28,732 nt of DNA from a virus. Its lineage: Duplodnaviria; Caudoviricetes. Both the position numbers and the translations under genes were made by a program. Where the stretch lies: positions 1-28,732 of the IMG/VR virus record IMGVR_UViG_3300037467_000070; one strand, written 5' to 3'. Numbering within the stretch: the first letter of the stretch is position 1; the number at the start of each line of letters is the position of its first letter. This document shows positions 27,686 through 28,732 of the stretch, one piece after another. The notes beneath the pieces were generated by a model, which was not told where the DNA came from, searched no databases, and worked only from the letters and a program-made list of their open reading frames with translations.

Positions 27686-28555
27686 GTGGGTATGAAGGAA
27701 AGGCTTCAAGCCATATTTACACGCAACACGGAATCAGAAATCTCATACCTAGCTGGTTCCGTGGATGATTCAATAGACAAAACAATAGACACAATAAACG
27801 AAATGGGTGACATCCAGTCAGAAATCACATCTGCTACTGGGGAGTACTTAGACGAGTGGGCACAGTGGTTTGGTATATATAGAAATACTAATGAGACAGA
27901 TGACTCTCTTAGGACTAGAACTCTGGCATCCGTCACCAATAGGAGTGCCACTATACCAGCCCTTATAGATGCAGTTAAGAGAGTCATGGGCGATGACACA
28001 CTTGTAGAAGTGTCTGAAACATACAAAGATCTAAGAATCTTCAATGTCTCTACGTATAGCGGTACTGGTAAGTATCAAGACACTAATACGACGAGACTAG
28101 GCGTGGTACAGATTAACATAAATAAGAGATCTACTCAACAGCTGGTAGATGAGATAAATAGGACTAGGGCGTCTGGTATAAGTGTTATATTACAGTACTT
28201 CAATGCGGAATTGCTCACAGATTCTATTATAGTCAATGATTCTATGTCTAAGACTGACCACTCCAGCAGTACGGCATCTGGAACCATCAATGTTACAGAC
28301 TCCATCACTGTGAAATATATTAAGTTTGCATCGGTACACTTGTCAGATACTATCAGCCCAGCTGATACCAACCATATTGGTTCAGTTAAGAGGAATTTAA
28401 CTGATGCTATATCGGCTTCAGGTAGTATATCAGTTCATGTACCTATTGTAATTAATGAGCGTGGAGGCTTAGTATTCAGCGGTGTCAGCACTTCAGGTGT
28501 TAGGTCAATTGGTAATGGTCTAGACGAAACTGGACGTAGAGTATTCTCATATTGA
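27686..28555 (+). CDS. baseplate wedge protein (P2 gpI-like N-terminus)
   Basis: SATGEYLDEWAQWFGIYR..NETDDSLR.R motif; follows baseplate J. Confidence 0.75.
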   Translation: MGMKERLQAIFTRNTESEISYLAGSVDDSIDKTIDTINEMGDIQSEITSATGEYLDEWAQWFGIYRNTNETDDSLRTRTLASVTNRSATIPALIDAVKRVMGDDTLVEVSETYKDLRIFNVSTYSGTGKYQDTNTTRLGVVQININKRSTQQLVDEINRTRASGISVILQYFNAELLTDSIIVNDSMSKTDHSSSTASGTINVTDSITVKYIKFASVHLSDTISPADTNHIGSVKRNLTDAISASGSISVHVPIVINERGGLVFSGVSTSGVRSIGNGLDETGRRVFSY

Positions 28556-28572
28556 TATAGGGAGGTTTAACA

Positions 28573-28732
28573 ATGGCAATAGATATTAGCCAAGCACCAT
28601 ATTACGATGACTATGATCCAAGTAAAAAGTACAACAAATTACTAGCTGTACCTGGTCGTGTAGAGCAAGCTAGGGATTTTACCCAAATGCAAACTATGAT
28701 ATATGACTACCTACAAAGACTATCAGATACTA
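28573..28732 (+). CDS. 5' end of DUF4815-like adsorption/baseplate tail protein (partial)
   Basis: MAIDISQAPYYDDYDPSKKYNKLLAVPGRVEQARDFTQMQT matches the PYYDD..K.Y..L..PG...QAR pattern; RBS GGAGGT; runs off the window. Confidence 0.75.
   Translation, partial: MAIDISQAPYYDDYDPSKKYNKLLAVPGRVEQARDFTQMQTMIYDYLQRLSDT

Noticed and set aside
1288-28371. Other minus-strand ORFs and nested alternate-frame + strand ORFs in the track
   Set aside because: They overlap well-supported + strand genes and lack recognisable motifs.
1-28732. Stop-codon reassignment, tRNA genes, CRISPR arrays
   Set aside because: Genes tile densely in code 11, with TAG, TGA and TAA stops followed by new RBSs. Intergenic gaps are too short, and no cloverleaf or repeat-spacer pattern was seen.
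16188-28732. Bacterial contractile injection system or tailocin interpretation
   Set aside because: Terminase, portal, protease, scaffold and capsid genes are present, so this is a complete phage morphogenesis module.

Overview
This window is the virion morphogenesis module of a large contractile-tailed (myovirus) phage, with all genes on the + strand. Gene order and protein motifs resemble Herelleviridae (SPO1/Twort/A511-like) but the phage looks divergent. A Bacillota host is inferred from strong Shine-Dalgarno sites and from LysM, NlpC/P60 and tail-lysozyme domains. Order: small hypotheticals, two large enzyme-like ORFs, terminase large subunit, two hypotheticals, portal, prohead protease, scaffold, major capsid, neck genes, sheath, tube, frameshifting tail chaperones, tape measure, hub/lysin, spike and baseplate genes, then the start of a DUF4815-like tail protein. 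The most interesting signal flanks the terminase. Three otherwise unrelated proteins (GNAT-like acetyltransferase, large HExxH metallopeptidase, highly charged Lys-rich protein) share an N-terminal module: a hydrophobic-x-K/(A,S,G) site followed by a basic ~30-aa peptide ending in TRxQWV. The same K/(S,A,G) site recurs in portal, protease, scaffold and capsid. My inference is a capsid-loading leader removed or exposed by the prohead protease, i.e. a modular system for packaging and injecting effector enzymes. Also notable: the protease carries a copy of the capsid N-arm, and the tail chaperone pair has a +1 frameshift motif (TCC TTT CGT). All assignments come from motif reading and synteny; no searches were run.
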